The translations under genes and the position numbers were made by a program. This document shows positions 1 to 11,721 of a stretch of DNA of 64,000 nucleotides, piece by piece. This DNA comes from an uncultured Helcococcus sp. (lineage in GTDB: Bacteria; Bacillota; Clostridia; Tissierellales; Peptoniphilaceae), in contig CALAZW010000067.1 in the NCBI GenBank assembly GCA_937926545.1, positions 1,062 through 65,061 on the forward strand, given 5' to 3'. Position 1 is the first letter of the stretch. Every line of letters starts with the position of its first letter. The notes beneath the pieces are model-generated. The model saw nothing but the letters and a program-made list of their open reading frames with translations, was not told where the DNA came from and made no database searches.

Positions 1-861
1 AGGAACCTCTATTAAGCCTGTATTTTCAATGTTTCCAACCAGGGAGAACACCTTGGTTCCCGGGGATGATTTACTGCCAAAGGACTTAAACCACTTAGGT
101 CCTCTTAAGATAATCTTGGATACATTGGCAAAGGTCTCCACGTTATTTATAAGGGTTGGCTTATTGTATAAACCATATTGGGCCGGATAAGGAGGTTTAT
201 TTCTAGGTATACCTCTTTTACCTTCTATGGATTCCAATAGGGCGGTTTCTTCACCACATACAAAAGCTCCAGCCCCCAATCTTATTTTTATATCAAAGTT
301 AAAGTTTGTACCTAATATTTTTTCTCCTAAAAGTCCATAGGCCTTGGCATCATCAATGGCCTTTTCCAATCTTTGGGAAGCCTTAGGATATTCAGCCCTA
401 ATATAAACATAGGCCTCATCTGCCCCTATGGCATAACCAGCTATAATCATGGACTCTACAACTGAATGTGGGTCGTGTTCTAAAATATACCTGTCCATAA
501 AGGCACCAGGATCCCCCTCATCAGCATTACATACAACATACTTTTTCTTGGAATTGGCATCCTTGGTAAATTTCCACTTCATACCAGTTGGAAAGCCTGC
601 CCCTCCTCTACCTCTCAGGTTGGCTTCTATTAAACTATCCACTATCTGGTCTCTGGTCATCTCCTTAAGGGCCTTTTCCAGGGCAAAATAACCTGATCTT
701 GCTATGTATTCCTCTATGTTTTCAGGATCAATTATTTCACAATTTTCCAAAACAACTCTTTTTTGTTTTTTTATAAAGTCATCTTGATTATTAATTTTTT
801 CTATGTAGTCTTCCTCTTTTTCTGCTAGGACTCTTTCTTTTATGTCAAGTAAGTTTATCAT
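1..861 (-). CDS. NuoF/HydB-like NADH-binding flavoprotein subunit (51 kDa family). N-terminal part only; the 3' end runs off the window.
   Basis: My own minus-strand translation from the ATG at 861-859 reads MINLLDIKERVLAEKEE...LRGRGGAGFPTGMKWKF...CNADEGDPGAFMDR...GAGAFVCGEETALLESIEGKRG. GRGGAGFPTG and CGEETAL are NuoF-family motifs. There is an ATGA overlap with the upstream stop. It is absent from the ORF track because no stop lies in the window. Confidence 0.85.
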   Translation of the reverse strand, partial: MINLLDIKERVLAEKEEDYIEKINNQDDFIKKQKRVVLENCEIIDPENIEEYIARSGYFALEKALKEMTRDQIVDSLIEANLRGRGGAGFPTGMKWKFTKDANSKKKYVVCNADEGDPGAFMDRYILEHDPHSVVESMIIAGYAIGADEAYVYIRAEYPKASQRLEKAIDDAKAYGLLGEKILGTNFNFDIKIRLGAGAFVCGEETALLESIEGKRGIPRNKPPYPAQYGLYNKPTLINNVETFANVSKIILRGPKWFKSFGSKSSPGTKVFSLVGNIENTGLIEVP

Positions 862-1355
862 GCGACACCTCCATTAAGCTTGGCTACTATTTGGTCTACT
901 TCCTCCAAGCTAACCTTTGGATATAAAACATCATCAATAATAACTACTGGAGCTTTTTCACAGTCTCCTATACATCTGGTTGTATCAATGGAATACATGC
1001 CATCATCGCTGGTATGGCCATCCTTTATCTGTAATAACTCTTCAAACCTTTGTAAAATAGCACCAGATCCCTTTACATAACAGGCTGTTCCTAAACAAAT
1101 TTGTATCTTATGAGTCCCCTTAGGATTAAAGGTAAATTGGTGGTAAAATGTTGCTATTCCATATAATTCTGATGATGGAATATTAGTCATCTTACTAGTT
1201 TCCAATAATACTTCCTTGGGTATGTATCCAAATAAGTCCTGCATTTTTTGCAGGATAGGCATGGCCATTCCCTTGTCTCCGCTTTCTTTTATGGTATTTA
1301 CATACTCGTAAAACTCTTCTAGCAATTCTTTATTTTTCTCGAAATCAAATGTCAT
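858..1355 (-). CDS. NuoE/HydC-like thioredoxin-fold [2Fe-2S] subunit
   Basis: The ORF carries ICLGTACYVKG...CIGDCEKAPV, a NuoE-type Cys pattern. I moved the start to MTFDFEKN because GGGGGA lies just upstream. It is coupled to the downstream NuoF-like gene. Confidence 0.8.
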   Translation of the reverse strand: MTFDFEKNKELLEEFYEYVNTIKESGDKGMAMPILQKMQDLFGYIPKEVLLETSKMTNIPSSELYGIATFYHQFTFNPKGTHKIQICLGTACYVKGSGAILQRFEELLQIKDGHTSDDGMYSIDTTRCIGDCEKAPVVIIDDVLYPKVSLEEVDQIVAKLNGGVA

Positions 1356-1511
1356 AGTTCCCCCTTTCTCATGGGCAATCGTTTGCAAACTCCTATAAAA
1401 AAAGTACTTTTATTGATAAAAATACTACTAATTTAATTATATAGGACTAGGGAAACCTTTTCACGTTTATTAAATAACTAACCAACTAGCCTCTTAAAAT
1501 CTTATTTAAAT

Positions 1512-1540
1512 AAAAAAAAGGCGGGAAATCCAATCCCACC
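1512..1540 (-). terminator. Intrinsic terminator after pepF
   Basis: On the minus strand the RNA reads GGUGGGA-UUGGAUU-UCCCGCC followed by U8. Confidence 0.7.
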
Positions 1541-1553
1541 TTACTTAAATTTT

Positions 1554-3302
1554 CTAAATTAACTTATCTAAATCATCAACCAAGTTTCTAAATACATTTA
1601 GAGCTTGATCAACGGTTTCTGGTTTTGACATATCCACGCCAGCTATCTTTAATTGGTCTATTGGGAAATGTTTTCCACCATCTTTTAAGAATTTCATATA
1701 GTTTTCAACAGCATTTTCTTCCTTGGCTAAAACCTTTTGAGCTAGAACCGTTGAAGCAGTATAGCCTGTAGCATACTTGTAAACATAGAAGTCCCTATAA
1801 AAATGAGGTATTCTCATCCACTCATAGGCAATCTCTTCATCGGATACCATATGATTTCCAAAGTATTTAACATTTAGATCATAGTAGATCTTATTGAAAT
1901 CTTCAGCTGTTAAACCTTGTCCATCTTCTACCAGTTTGTGAACTTCTCTTTCAAATTCTGCAAACATGGTTTGTCTAAATACTGTTGATTTAAAACTGTT
2001 GGCATGATGGTCTATTAGGAAAAGTCTTTCTTCCTTAGACTCTGCCCTTTCCATCATATAGTCTAAAAGTAGGTTTTCATTGAAGGTTGACGCTACTTCT
2101 GCTGCAAAGATAGTATAACTTGACTCTAAAAAGTCATTGTTTTTTCTAGACATATAGCTGTGCATAGAGTGACCCATCTCATGGGCTAAAGTAAATACTG
2201 AATCCAAGGTTCCATTAAAGTTCATGGAAACAAATGGATAAGAATCATAGGAACCAGCTGAATAAGCCCCTCCCCTTTTTCCTTCTCTTGGGTATACATC
2301 AATCCATCTATCTTCAAAGGCTGTCTTATATATTTCTTGGTATTCTTTTCCTAGAGGTGCAACTGATGCTATACAAAGTTCCTTGGCCTCTTCAAAGCTA
2401 TAGGTCTTTTCAAAACCTGTATCTATAGGCATATAAACATCATACATGTGTTGTTCTTCCAAGCCTAGAGATCTTTTCTTTATACCATAGTATTTGTCCA
2501 TAATATCCAAGTTATTGTGGATACTATCTATTAGAGCATCGTAAACTTTTTCATCCACATCATCATTGTATAGTTCCATATGTCTTACTGACTTATAGCC
2601 CTTTAACTTGGCATAAATAGCCTTGGTATTTAGGTTTGAATAGTAGGCCTTGGCAATGGTATTGGCATAGCTATTATAGGTTCCATAGAATTTTTCAAAA
2701 ACTTCCTTTCTAAGTTCCCTATCTTCATGCATTTGGAACTTAACAAAGTTAGCTCCTGTTAATTTTTCCCCTTCTAATTTATCAATTTCTGGGAAGGTCA
2801 TATCTGCATTGGTCAAGAAATAATAAATTTCTTGGGCTGTACTTGCACTAGGTGCTAGGGAAGACATGATAAATTCTTCCTTTTCACTCAAGGTATGAGG
2901 TTTGAATCTCAATATTTTTTCTATGGTTGAATGATATTTCTTTAGGTCTTCTCTTTCCATTAAAGCTTTTGTTTCATCTTCTGATAAAGATAAAATAAAG
3001 GGAGTAAGAAAGGCTGTCTTTGAACTGTGCTCCACAGCTAAAGTGCTATTTTCCATATCCATTTTTTGATATTTTGAAACTCTAGAGTCTTCATCTTTTC
3101 TCATGAAAGAATAAACCATAACATTGGTAAGAGTTCTTTCAGATCTTTCTATAGCTTCTAATAATTCTTTTATATTGTCTAAAGGATTTTCCTTTAATTT
3201 TTCTATAAGGTCTAAATCCTTTTTTACAGCTTGTCTATCTTTTTCAATTAAAGAGTCATTTTCATACATTGACTCTAAATTCCATGTGTACTTTTTATCC
3301 AT
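1554..3302 (-). CDS. pepF: Oligoendopeptidase F (M3B family)
   Basis: 582 aa with the HEMGH zinc motif (LAHEMGHSMHS). Length and overall pattern are typical of PepF. Confidence 0.9.
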   Translation of the reverse strand: MDKKYTWNLESMYENDSLIEKDRQAVKKDLDLIEKLKENPLDNIKELLEAIERSERTLTNVMVYSFMRKDEDSRVSKYQKMDMENSTLAVEHSSKTAFLTPFILSLSEDETKALMEREDLKKYHSTIEKILRFKPHTLSEKEEFIMSSLAPSASTAQEIYYFLTNADMTFPEIDKLEGEKLTGANFVKFQMHEDRELRKEVFEKFYGTYNSYANTIAKAYYSNLNTKAIYAKLKGYKSVRHMELYNDDVDEKVYDALIDSIHNNLDIMDKYYGIKKRSLGLEEQHMYDVYMPIDTGFEKTYSFEEAKELCIASVAPLGKEYQEIYKTAFEDRWIDVYPREGKRGGAYSAGSYDSYPFVSMNFNGTLDSVFTLAHEMGHSMHSYMSRKNNDFLESSYTIFAAEVASTFNENLLLDYMMERAESKEERLFLIDHHANSFKSTVFRQTMFAEFEREVHKLVEDGQGLTAEDFNKIYYDLNVKYFGNHMVSDEEIAYEWMRIPHFYRDFYVYKYATGYTASTVLAQKVLAKEENAVENYMKFLKDGGKHFPIDQLKIAGVDMSKPETVDQALNVFRNLVDDLDKLI

Positions 3303-3311
3303 TATATCTCC

Positions 3312-4025
3312 TTACTTAACATCAACATTGTCATCATAAAAATATCCCTCTCCCCATCTAGTTTGGATATATTTATCAGTTTCTGTAGATTCTAATTTTT
3401 CTCTAAGTCTTCTTATATGAACATCCACTGTCCTTATATTAGACTCGTCTATGCCTTGCCATAATTCATCAGCCAAGTTCTGCCTCGTAAACACCTTACT
3501 TTTATTGGAAACCAAGATATAAAGCAAGTCAAACTCTTTTCCTGTAAGATCAAGCTCTGTACCATTTATGGTAACCTTTCTTCCCAAGATATTAAACTCA
3601 AACAAATCCTTAGTAAATGAATTGGTATTGGCATCCTTTATTACAGGTGCCTCCACACTGGTCTTACTTCTTCTAAGGACTGCTCTCATACGGGCCTTTA
3701 ATTCTAACAAATCAAAAGGTACTACAATATAGTCATCGCAGCCATATTCAAGCGCAAGAATCTTTTCTCTTATTTCATCAATTGATGAAACCATTATAGT
3801 TGGGATATCCTTGATTTCATTCATCATTTTTTTCAAATCAAGTCCTGTCCCGTCTCGATAAACCATGTCTAATATAACTAGGTCATAATCATTATTAGCG
3901 AATTTATCAATACCTTCCTTTACCCCATTTGCAGCTGTAATCGTGTAATCTTCACTCTTAAAACTGTAAATAAAATTCTCAACAAAATCCTCATCTGAAT
4001 TTACCAGTAATAATTTCGTAGTCAT
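3312..4025 (-). CDS. OmpR/PhoB-family response regulator, atypical receiver, no adjacent histidine kinase
   Basis: Receiver domain plus winged-helix domain (VDVHIRRLREKL...RWGEGY). D53 is present, but N9-S10 replaces the acidic pair and V102 replaces the invariant Lys (DDYIVVPF). It ends 9 nt upstream of pepF. Confidence 0.85.
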   Translation of the reverse strand: MTTKLLLVNSDEDFVENFIYSFKSEDYTITAANGVKEGIDKFANNDYDLVILDMVYRDGTGLDLKKMMNEIKDIPTIMVSSIDEIREKILALEYGCDDYIVVPFDLLELKARMRAVLRRSKTSVEAPVIKDANTNSFTKDLFEFNILGRKVTINGTELDLTGKEFDLLYILVSNKSKVFTRQNLADELWQGIDESNIRTVDVHIRRLREKLESTETDKYIQTRWGEGYFYDDNVDVK

Positions 4026-4115
4026 ATCTTCTCCTCATCCTAATTATTAAGATAATTTAATTAATTATTATATAGTATAGCATATTTGAGATGATATTTA
4101 AAACCTGTATGCTTT

Positions 4116-4140
4116 AAAAAAAAGGGCTAAATAGCCCTTT
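4116..4140 (-). terminator. Intrinsic terminator after groEL
   Basis: A GGGC-loop-GCCC hairpin is followed by U8 on the minus strand. Confidence 0.6.
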
Positions 4141-4143
4141 TCC

Positions 4144-6050
<1,907 letters not shown>

Positions 6051-6064
6051 ATTATACCTCCTTG

Positions 6065-6091
6065 TTATCACTCGCACTCATTGAGTGCTAA
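6065..6091 (-). promoter_or_regulatory. CIRCE operator (HrcA binding site) in the groESL leader
   Basis: Minus strand reads TTAGCACTC-N9-GAGTGATAA, one mismatch from TTAGCACTC-N9-GAGTGCTAA. Confidence 0.9.
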
Positions 6092-6101
6092 TACAATTTA
6101 T

Positions 6102-6130
6102 ATTATAACCCTTGACTTTTTACTTGTCAA
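6102..6130 (-). promoter_or_regulatory. Sigma-A type promoter of groESL
   Basis: TTGACA-17 nt-TATAAT on the minus strand, immediately upstream of CIRCE. The -35 lies inside the ogg terminator hairpin (CCCTTGAC...GTCAAGGG). Confidence 0.8.
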
Positions 6131-6139
6131 GGGTTCTTC

Positions 6140-7039
6140 CTACTTACCAATGGCATTTTCCCTGGCATAGTAGAATAAATATTGTTGGGCATAGCCCTTG
6201 TTTACACCAAATATTTCATCTGCATAGCTGTCTATTTCCTTGTTTTTTATTTCCCTACCTATATAAAGAGTCTCCATAAGCCTTTTTACCCATACATCTA
6301 TAGGGAAGGTTTCGCCCCTATCATAGGCAAATAAAAGGATGCAGGCTGCCACCTTGGGACCTACCCCTTCCAACTTAATTAGCTCACTTCTTAACTTTTC
6401 ATCTGAAAGACTTTCAAATCCATCCAGATCAAAGTCCTTATTATATATGGCCTTGGATGTGTTAACTATTCTTTCATTTCTAAAGCCCACCCTGGTAACT
6501 TCCTTTACCTCTAAAGGATCTGCATCCTTTAATTGACCTGGACTTGGAAAACTATAGTAGTCTTTTCCCTTATAGTTTTCTATAAAGTCTCCATATTGTT
6601 GGGCCAAAAGATCTACTGATTTTTTAATCCTAGGTATTTGGTTGTTGGCCGATATTATAAAGGATATGATGGTTTCAAACCTATCCTGGTTTAGTATTCT
6701 AATACCATAACCAAAATCCATGGCTTCTTTTAAACTATCGTTTAGGCCGAAGGCCTTGGTCTTTCTTAAATCATTCTTTATTTGATCATAGTCCTTATCC
6801 AAATCAAAATAAGGATGCCAAATCTTTCTAAAGTCATCTTCACTGGTATTGTAGGCTAGAAGGTCCTCACCCTCCATAAAAAATTCAACCACCCTGCCAA
6901 AGGCTACAACAATGTAGCTTTCTTCTTCGGTTTTTTCCCATCTAAAGGCCTGACCACATTCAAAAATATGGGTCAAATTAAAATTTTTTAAGCCTACTAT
7001 CCTAATACCACCTTCTATATTTTCTATCTTATATTCCAT
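6140..7039 (-). CDS. ogg: 8-oxoguanine DNA glycosylase / AP lyase (Ogg, HhH-GPD family)
   Basis: HhH-GPD region LEGVGPKVAACILLF...FPIDVWVKR, with the catalytic Lys and Asp in place. Confidence 0.8.
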   Translation of the reverse strand: MEYKIENIEGGIRIVGLKNFNLTHIFECGQAFRWEKTEEESYIVVAFGRVVEFFMEGEDLLAYNTSEDDFRKIWHPYFDLDKDYDQIKNDLRKTKAFGLNDSLKEAMDFGYGIRILNQDRFETIISFIISANNQIPRIKKSVDLLAQQYGDFIENYKGKDYYSFPSPGQLKDADPLEVKEVTRVGFRNERIVNTSKAIYNKDFDLDGFESLSDEKLRSELIKLEGVGPKVAACILLFAYDRGETFPIDVWVKRLMETLYIGREIKNKEIDSYADEIFGVNKGYAQQYLFYYARENAIGK

Positions 7040-7048
7040 TTTTACTCC

Positions 7049-7840
7049 TTACAAGGACCATTCAACTAAGATGGCAACCACTGCAAATCTTCCCATATCG
7101 GTAACATTATCGCAGGTAGATAGGGTTATTATCCTATCCGTAGTTTTAAAGTCCTCTTTATAATTAAAATCTATATCTGAATCTTTTTTCATGTCTTCCA
7201 GGTAATTTAACCAGGTCTTATCATCCATGTTTAAGTTTCTATACTCGTAATTGGCATGGGTGAAAAAGGCTGAAATAACCCTATATTTATAAAAGCCATT
7301 TTCCGTTATTATTTCTATGAAATGGTTGTCCTTAGACGCCACATAGTCCGGATCACTTAACTTTAAAATCGGTGCAAACATCTGGGCATAGTCCCCTATG
7401 GCATTGCTCATATTGTGACCATATAAAACAGTGTTCATATCGGTAAAGTTGGGATTATTTTGTTCTTCAAGAAAAATAGTTCCAGCCAGACTATATTCCC
7501 TATCAAGGCCACGCCTTAGATAGTAGTCATTGTCCTTATAGACTACCGGATAATCTATGCTAGTATCCTCCATGCTGATATAAGCTACTATATCCTCATT
7601 TTTTCTTTGCAGGGCCTTGATTATCTTTTCCGCCCTTTCCCTGTCACTTAGCTTTTCTTCTTCCTTTGCCTCAATTTCCTCTTCCTTAATGGCCACTACA
7701 ATTTCCTTGGTTTCATCAAATTTTTGCTGGGCCTTATATCTATCGTAGTAGTAGCTTCCTATTTGATAGCCACTATATATAATAACCACTAAAAGAACCA
7801 GTTGAACAATTCTTAAAATCCACTTCTTAATAGTATCCAC
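7049..7840 (-). CDS. srtB: Class B sortase
   Basis: N-terminal TM anchor, then YGHNM and the TLSTC active-site motif. It ends 9 nt upstream of ogg. Confidence 0.8.
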   Translation of the reverse strand: MDTIKKWILRIVQLVLLVVIIYSGYQIGSYYYDRYKAQQKFDETKEIVVAIKEEEIEAKEEEKLSDRERAEKIIKALQRKNEDIVAYISMEDTSIDYPVVYKDNDYYLRRGLDREYSLAGTIFLEEQNNPNFTDMNTVLYGHNMSNAIGDYAQMFAPILKLSDPDYVASKDNHFIEIITENGFYKYRVISAFFTHANYEYRNLNMDDKTWLNYLEDMKKDSDIDFNYKEDFKTTDRIITLSTCDNVTDMGRFAVVAILVEWSL

Positions 7841-7960
7841 TCCTTCCTTGTATATAGATATGTCTATTATATCATTAAATGGTCAAATAATTAATTATAT
7901 TAATATATTGACTTTATTTGAAAAGGAAATCATTAAATAAGCAATTACCTATGGTTATTT

Positions 7961-7989
7961 TTGACTAAAATGTAAAATTCTTATATAAT
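7961..7989 (+). promoter_or_regulatory. Sigma-A type promoter of the mgl/gal operon
   Basis: TTGACT-17 nt-TATAAT, 30 nt upstream of the mglB ATG. Confidence 0.7.
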
Positions 7990-8019
7990 TTAATTGATTA
8001 AATATTAAAGGAGGATTTT

Positions 8020-9102
8020 ATGAAAAAATTCAAAAAAACGTTAGCTTTATTGCTAGCATTAGTAATGGTGTTTTCACTAGCAGCTTGTGGAAACAAGGGT
8101 GAAACAGAAAAACCAGAAGAAAAACCTGGCGAAACTGAAAAGCCTGAAGGTGAAAAACCAGAAGAAGCTGGCGAAACTAAAAAAGTTGGAGTTTTAATTT
8201 ACAACGGTGCTGATACTTACATCGCTACAGTTAGACAAGCTTTAGAAGAAATCGCATCAAAAGACGACTCAATCGAATTTGAATTCGTTGATGGGGAAAA
8301 CAACCAAGGAACTCAAACTAACCAATTGGACGCTTTAATAGCTAAAGAAGTTGACGGACTTTTAGTTAATATAGTTGACTTTAAGGCAGCTCCTCAAGTT
8401 ATTGATACCATTAAAAAATCAGAAATACCTACAGTATTCTTCAACAGAGATATGACTGAAGATTTAGCTGAAGAAGATACAGAAAAAATGATCTTCGTTG
8501 GTACTGATGCACCTCAAGCAGGAGTTATGCAAGGGGAAATGGCTAAGGAACTTTGGGAAGCTAAAAAAGACACTGTTGACAGAAATGGCGACGGTAAAAT
8601 CCAATACGTTATGTTACACGGTGGTTTAGACAACGCTGAAGCAGTAGCAAGAACTGAAGAATCAATTAAGGTTCTTACTGACGCTGGTATCGAAGTTGAA
8701 GAAATCGGTCTACAAGTAGCAGAATGGGATACAGCAAAAGCTAAGGAAGCTGTAGATGCTTGGATGTCAAAAGATGGCGATAACATTGAAATGATTTTTG
8801 CCAACAACGACGGTATGGCTCTAGGTGCTTTAGCAGCAGTTCAAGCTCTAGGTTACAACCAAGATGACGAAGCTAAGTACATTCCTATCTACGGCGTTGA
8901 CGCTACAAACGAAGCTTTAGACAAAATCGAAAAAGGCCAATTAGAAGGTACAGTTAAACAAGATAACGTTGCTATGGCAGAATCTGTTACAGCACTTATC
9001 AAAAATAAAATGGCTGAAAAAGATTGGTTAGACGGAACTGATTACGAATTATTCGAAGATAAGAAATCTGTTCGTATCGATTACGCTAAAATTACTAAAT
9101 AG
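8020..9102 (+). CDS. mglB: Sugar (galactose/methyl-galactoside type) ABC transporter substrate-binding lipoprotein
   Basis: Lipobox LAAC followed by a Glu/Lys/Pro-rich linker, then a periplasmic-binding-protein type I fold pattern. The operon also contains galT and galK. Confidence 0.75.
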   Translation: MKKFKKTLALLLALVMVFSLAACGNKGETEKPEEKPGETEKPEGEKPEEAGETKKVGVLIYNGADTYIATVRQALEEIASKDDSIEFEFVDGENNQGTQTNQLDALIAKEVDGLLVNIVDFKAAPQVIDTIKKSEIPTVFFNRDMTEDLAEEDTEKMIFVGTDAPQAGVMQGEMAKELWEAKKDTVDRNGDGKIQYVMLHGGLDNAEAVARTEESIKVLTDAGIEVEEIGLQVAEWDTAKAKEAVDAWMSKDGDNIEMIFANNDGMALGALAAVQALGYNQDDEAKYIPIYGVDATNEALDKIEKGQLEGTVKQDNVAMAESVTALIKNKMAEKDWLDGTDYELFEDKKSVRIDYAKITK

Positions 9103-9122
9103 TAAGAATAAAATAATGAGGA

Positions 9123-9154
9123 ATAAGCACACATTAAGCGTGTGCTTATTTTTC
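9123..9154 (+). terminator. Intra-operon hairpin/attenuating terminator after the binding-protein gene
   Basis: ATAAGCACAC-ATTAAGC-GTGTGCTTAT followed by TTTT. Confidence 0.6.
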
Positions 9155-9178
9155 TAAAATTAGAAATGAGTGGTGGTT

Positions 9179-10678
9179 ATGACTGAAGAAAAATTATTAT
9201 TAGATATGAGAAATATCACAAAAACATTTCCTGGTGTTAAGGCACTGGATAATGTAAACTTCAAACTTAAAAAAGGCACTGTTCACTCTCTTATGGGAGA
9301 AAATGGTGCTGGTAAATCCACATTGATGAAAGTATTATTTGGTATCTATCAAGAAGACGGTGGGGAAATATACATAGAGGGTCAAAAGAATAAGTTCGCA
9401 AACCCTAAACAAGCTATGGAAAATGGGGTTTCCATGGTTCACCAAGAATTAAACCAAGTAATGAAAAGAGATGTGGCCGACAATATGTTATTAGGTAGAT
9501 ATCCTAAAAAAGGATTATTTATTGATCAAGCTAAGATGTATAAATACTGTGAAGAAGTATTTGATGACTTAGGTATAAATGTAAATCCAAAGGCTATTAC
9601 TGAAGACCTTTCAGTAGCTGAAAGACAATTGGTTGAAATTGCCAAGGCAGTTTCATATGATGCTAAGATTTTAGTACTAGATGAACCTACTTCCTCTCTT
9701 ACAGAACAAGAGGTGGAAATTCTTTTCACTATTATTGATAAGCTTAAAAATCGTGGTGTTGGTATAATCTATATCTCCCACAAGATGGATGAAATTTTAA
9801 GAATATCCGATGACGTTACTATTATGAGGGACGGTCAATGGGTGGCTACAGAGCCAGCCAAGGATTTAACTACAGATAAGATAATAGCCCTTATGGTTGG
9901 TAGGACTGTAGACAATGTTTACCCTCCTAAGACCAATAAACCTGAAGAAGTTGTCCTAGAAGTAAATAATCTTACTGGTATGTATGAACCTACCATTAAA
10001 GATGCTTCCTTCAACTTGAGAAAGGGAGAAATTTTAGGAGTGGCTGGACTTGTTGGATCCAGAAGAACTGAACTAATAGAAACGATCTTTGGTATCAGGA
10101 CTACAAAATCTGGAGAAATCAAACTAAATGGCCAATTAATAGAAAATAAAAACTCAGTAGACGCTATAAAAAATGGTTTTGCCCTAGTTACAGAAGAAAG
10201 AAGGGCCACTGGACTTTTCCCTATGGAAACCATCCAGTTCAACTCAATAATAGCCAATACTAGTTCCTATAAGAAGGGACTTCTACTAGACGATAAACTA
10301 ATGGCAACCGACACTGATCAAGTTATCAAGTCCATGAATGTTAAGACTCCTAGTAAGAAAACCCAAATAAGATCCCTATCTGGTGGTAACCAACAAAAGG
10401 TAATCCTAGGTAGATGGCTTCTTACATCACCAGATATTTTACTATTGGATGAACCAACTAGAGGTATTGACGTTGGAGCTAAATACGAAATTTATCAACT
10501 AATCATTGATTTAGCCAACGAAGGAAAGAGTATTATTGTCGTATCATCTGAAATGCCAGAACTATTTGGTATTTGTGACAGAATCGTGGTAATGAGCGAT
10601 GGTCACGTGGCAGGAATTGACGATGTTAAGAATTTAGACCAAGAGAAAGTTATGACTCTTGCAACTAAATATTTATAA
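9179..10678 (+). CDS. mglA: Sugar ABC transporter ATP-binding protein (duplicated ABC domains)
   Basis: Walker [10 protein letters not shown], signature LSGGNQQK, two ATPase halves. I chose the ATG at 9179 because it follows GGTGG. Confidence 0.85.
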   Translation: MTEEKLLLDMRNITKTFPGVKALDNVNFKLKKGTVHSLMGENGAGKSTLMKVLFGIYQEDGGEIYIEGQKNKFANPKQAMENGVSMVHQELNQVMKRDVADNMLLGRYPKKGLFIDQAKMYKYCEEVFDDLGINVNPKAITEDLSVAERQLVEIAKAVSYDAKILVLDEPTSSLTEQEVEILFTIIDKLKNRGVGIIYISHKMDEILRISDDVTIMRDGQWVATEPAKDLTTDKIIALMVGRTVDNVYPPKTNKPEEVVLEVNNLTGMYEPTIKDASFNLRKGEILGVAGLVGSRRTELIETIFGIRTTKSGEIKLNGQLIENKNSVDAIKNGFALVTEERRATGLFPMETIQFNSIIANTSSYKKGLLLDDKLMATDTDQVIKSMNVKTPSKKTQIRSLSGGNQQKVILGRWLLTSPDILLLDEPTRGIDVGAKYEIYQLIIDLANEGKSIIVVSSEMPELFGICDRIVVMSDGHVAGIDDVKNLDQEKVMTLATKYL

Positions 10679-10689
10679 GAGGTGGAAAA

Positions 10690-11712
10690 ATGACTAAGAA
10701 TAAGAAAGAAAAAAAGAGTTTAAAAGAGTTTTTGATAGATAATGGTCTTATCATTGTAATGTTTATTCTTATTGCAATTATCATTATCAAGGAACCAAGA
10801 TTTGTTAACTATAAAAACTTTATCAATATATTAAACCAAGCTTCAACCAAGCTAATCATGGCTCTTGGAGTTGGTGGACTAATAGTGCTTGCCGGTACAG
10901 ACCTTTCAGCTGGTAGAGCTCTAGGTATGACAGCAGCTATTTCTACTGCCCTATTACAATCTGGGGACTATGCACAAAGATACTTCCCTAACATGCCAGA
11001 AATGCCAATTATAGTTGGTTTTCTAGCAGCTATAGCAGTAGGTGGACTTATTGGTTTGTTCAACGGTTTTGGTGTGGCTAAGTTAAAACTACATGCCTTT
11101 ATAGCAACCTTGGGTACCCAACTTATCCTTTACGGACTACTACAAGCCTTCATAAGTGCTTCTCCTTGGGGAGCTCAACCACTAGGTGGCTTTAAGGATT
11201 CATATGTTAAATTAGTTTTAGGTAGTGTTAAATTAGGTAAATTCGAACTTCCATACCTTATAATCTATGCAGCTATTGCATCAGCTATCATGTGGGTTGT
11301 TTGGAATAAGACAACTCTTGGTAAAAACATGTTTGCCATTGGTGGTAACAAGGAAGCTGCTGCAGTTTCAGGTATTAACGTTGACAAGAACATTCTTATT
11401 ATCTTCTTGATCTCAGGTATCATGTACGGTATAGCTGGTTTCTTAGAAGGACCAAGAATTGGTAATGCAACTATAACAACTGGTACCAACTACGACTTGG
11501 ATGCTATTGCAGCCTGTGTAATTGGTGGGGTTTCCTTCTCCGGTGGTGTTGGTAAAATATCAGGTATTATCCTAGGTTCCATCCTGCTACAAGTAATAAA
11601 CTACGGTCTATTATTTATAGGAGTACAAACCTATTGGCAAATAGTAATCAAGGGTGCCCTAATTATCTTGGCAGTAGCTCTTGATACAAGAAAATACTTA
11701 CAAAAGAAATAA
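10690..11712 (+). CDS. mglC: Sugar ABC transporter permease
   Basis: 340-aa polytopic membrane protein placed directly after mglA. Confidence 0.8.
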   Translation: MTKNKKEKKSLKEFLIDNGLIIVMFILIAIIIIKEPRFVNYKNFINILNQASTKLIMALGVGGLIVLAGTDLSAGRALGMTAAISTALLQSGDYAQRYFPNMPEMPIIVGFLAAIAVGGLIGLFNGFGVAKLKLHAFIATLGTQLILYGLLQAFISASPWGAQPLGGFKDSYVKLVLGSVKLGKFELPYLIIYAAIASAIMWVVWNKTTLGKNMFAIGGNKEAAAVSGINVDKNILIIFLISGIMYGIAGFLEGPRIGNATITTGTNYDLDAIAACVIGGVSFSGGVGKISGIILGSILLQVINYGLLFIGVQTYWQIVIKGALIILAVALDTRKYLQKK

Positions 11713-11721
11713 GAGGTTAGC

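Noticed and set aside
7919-7932. A cre-like sequence, TGAAAAGGAAATCA, upstream of the mgl/gal promoter.
   Set aside because: It has two mismatches to TGWAANCGNTNWCA, including the central CG. It also lies upstream of the -35 rather than overlapping the promoter, which is too weak for a call.
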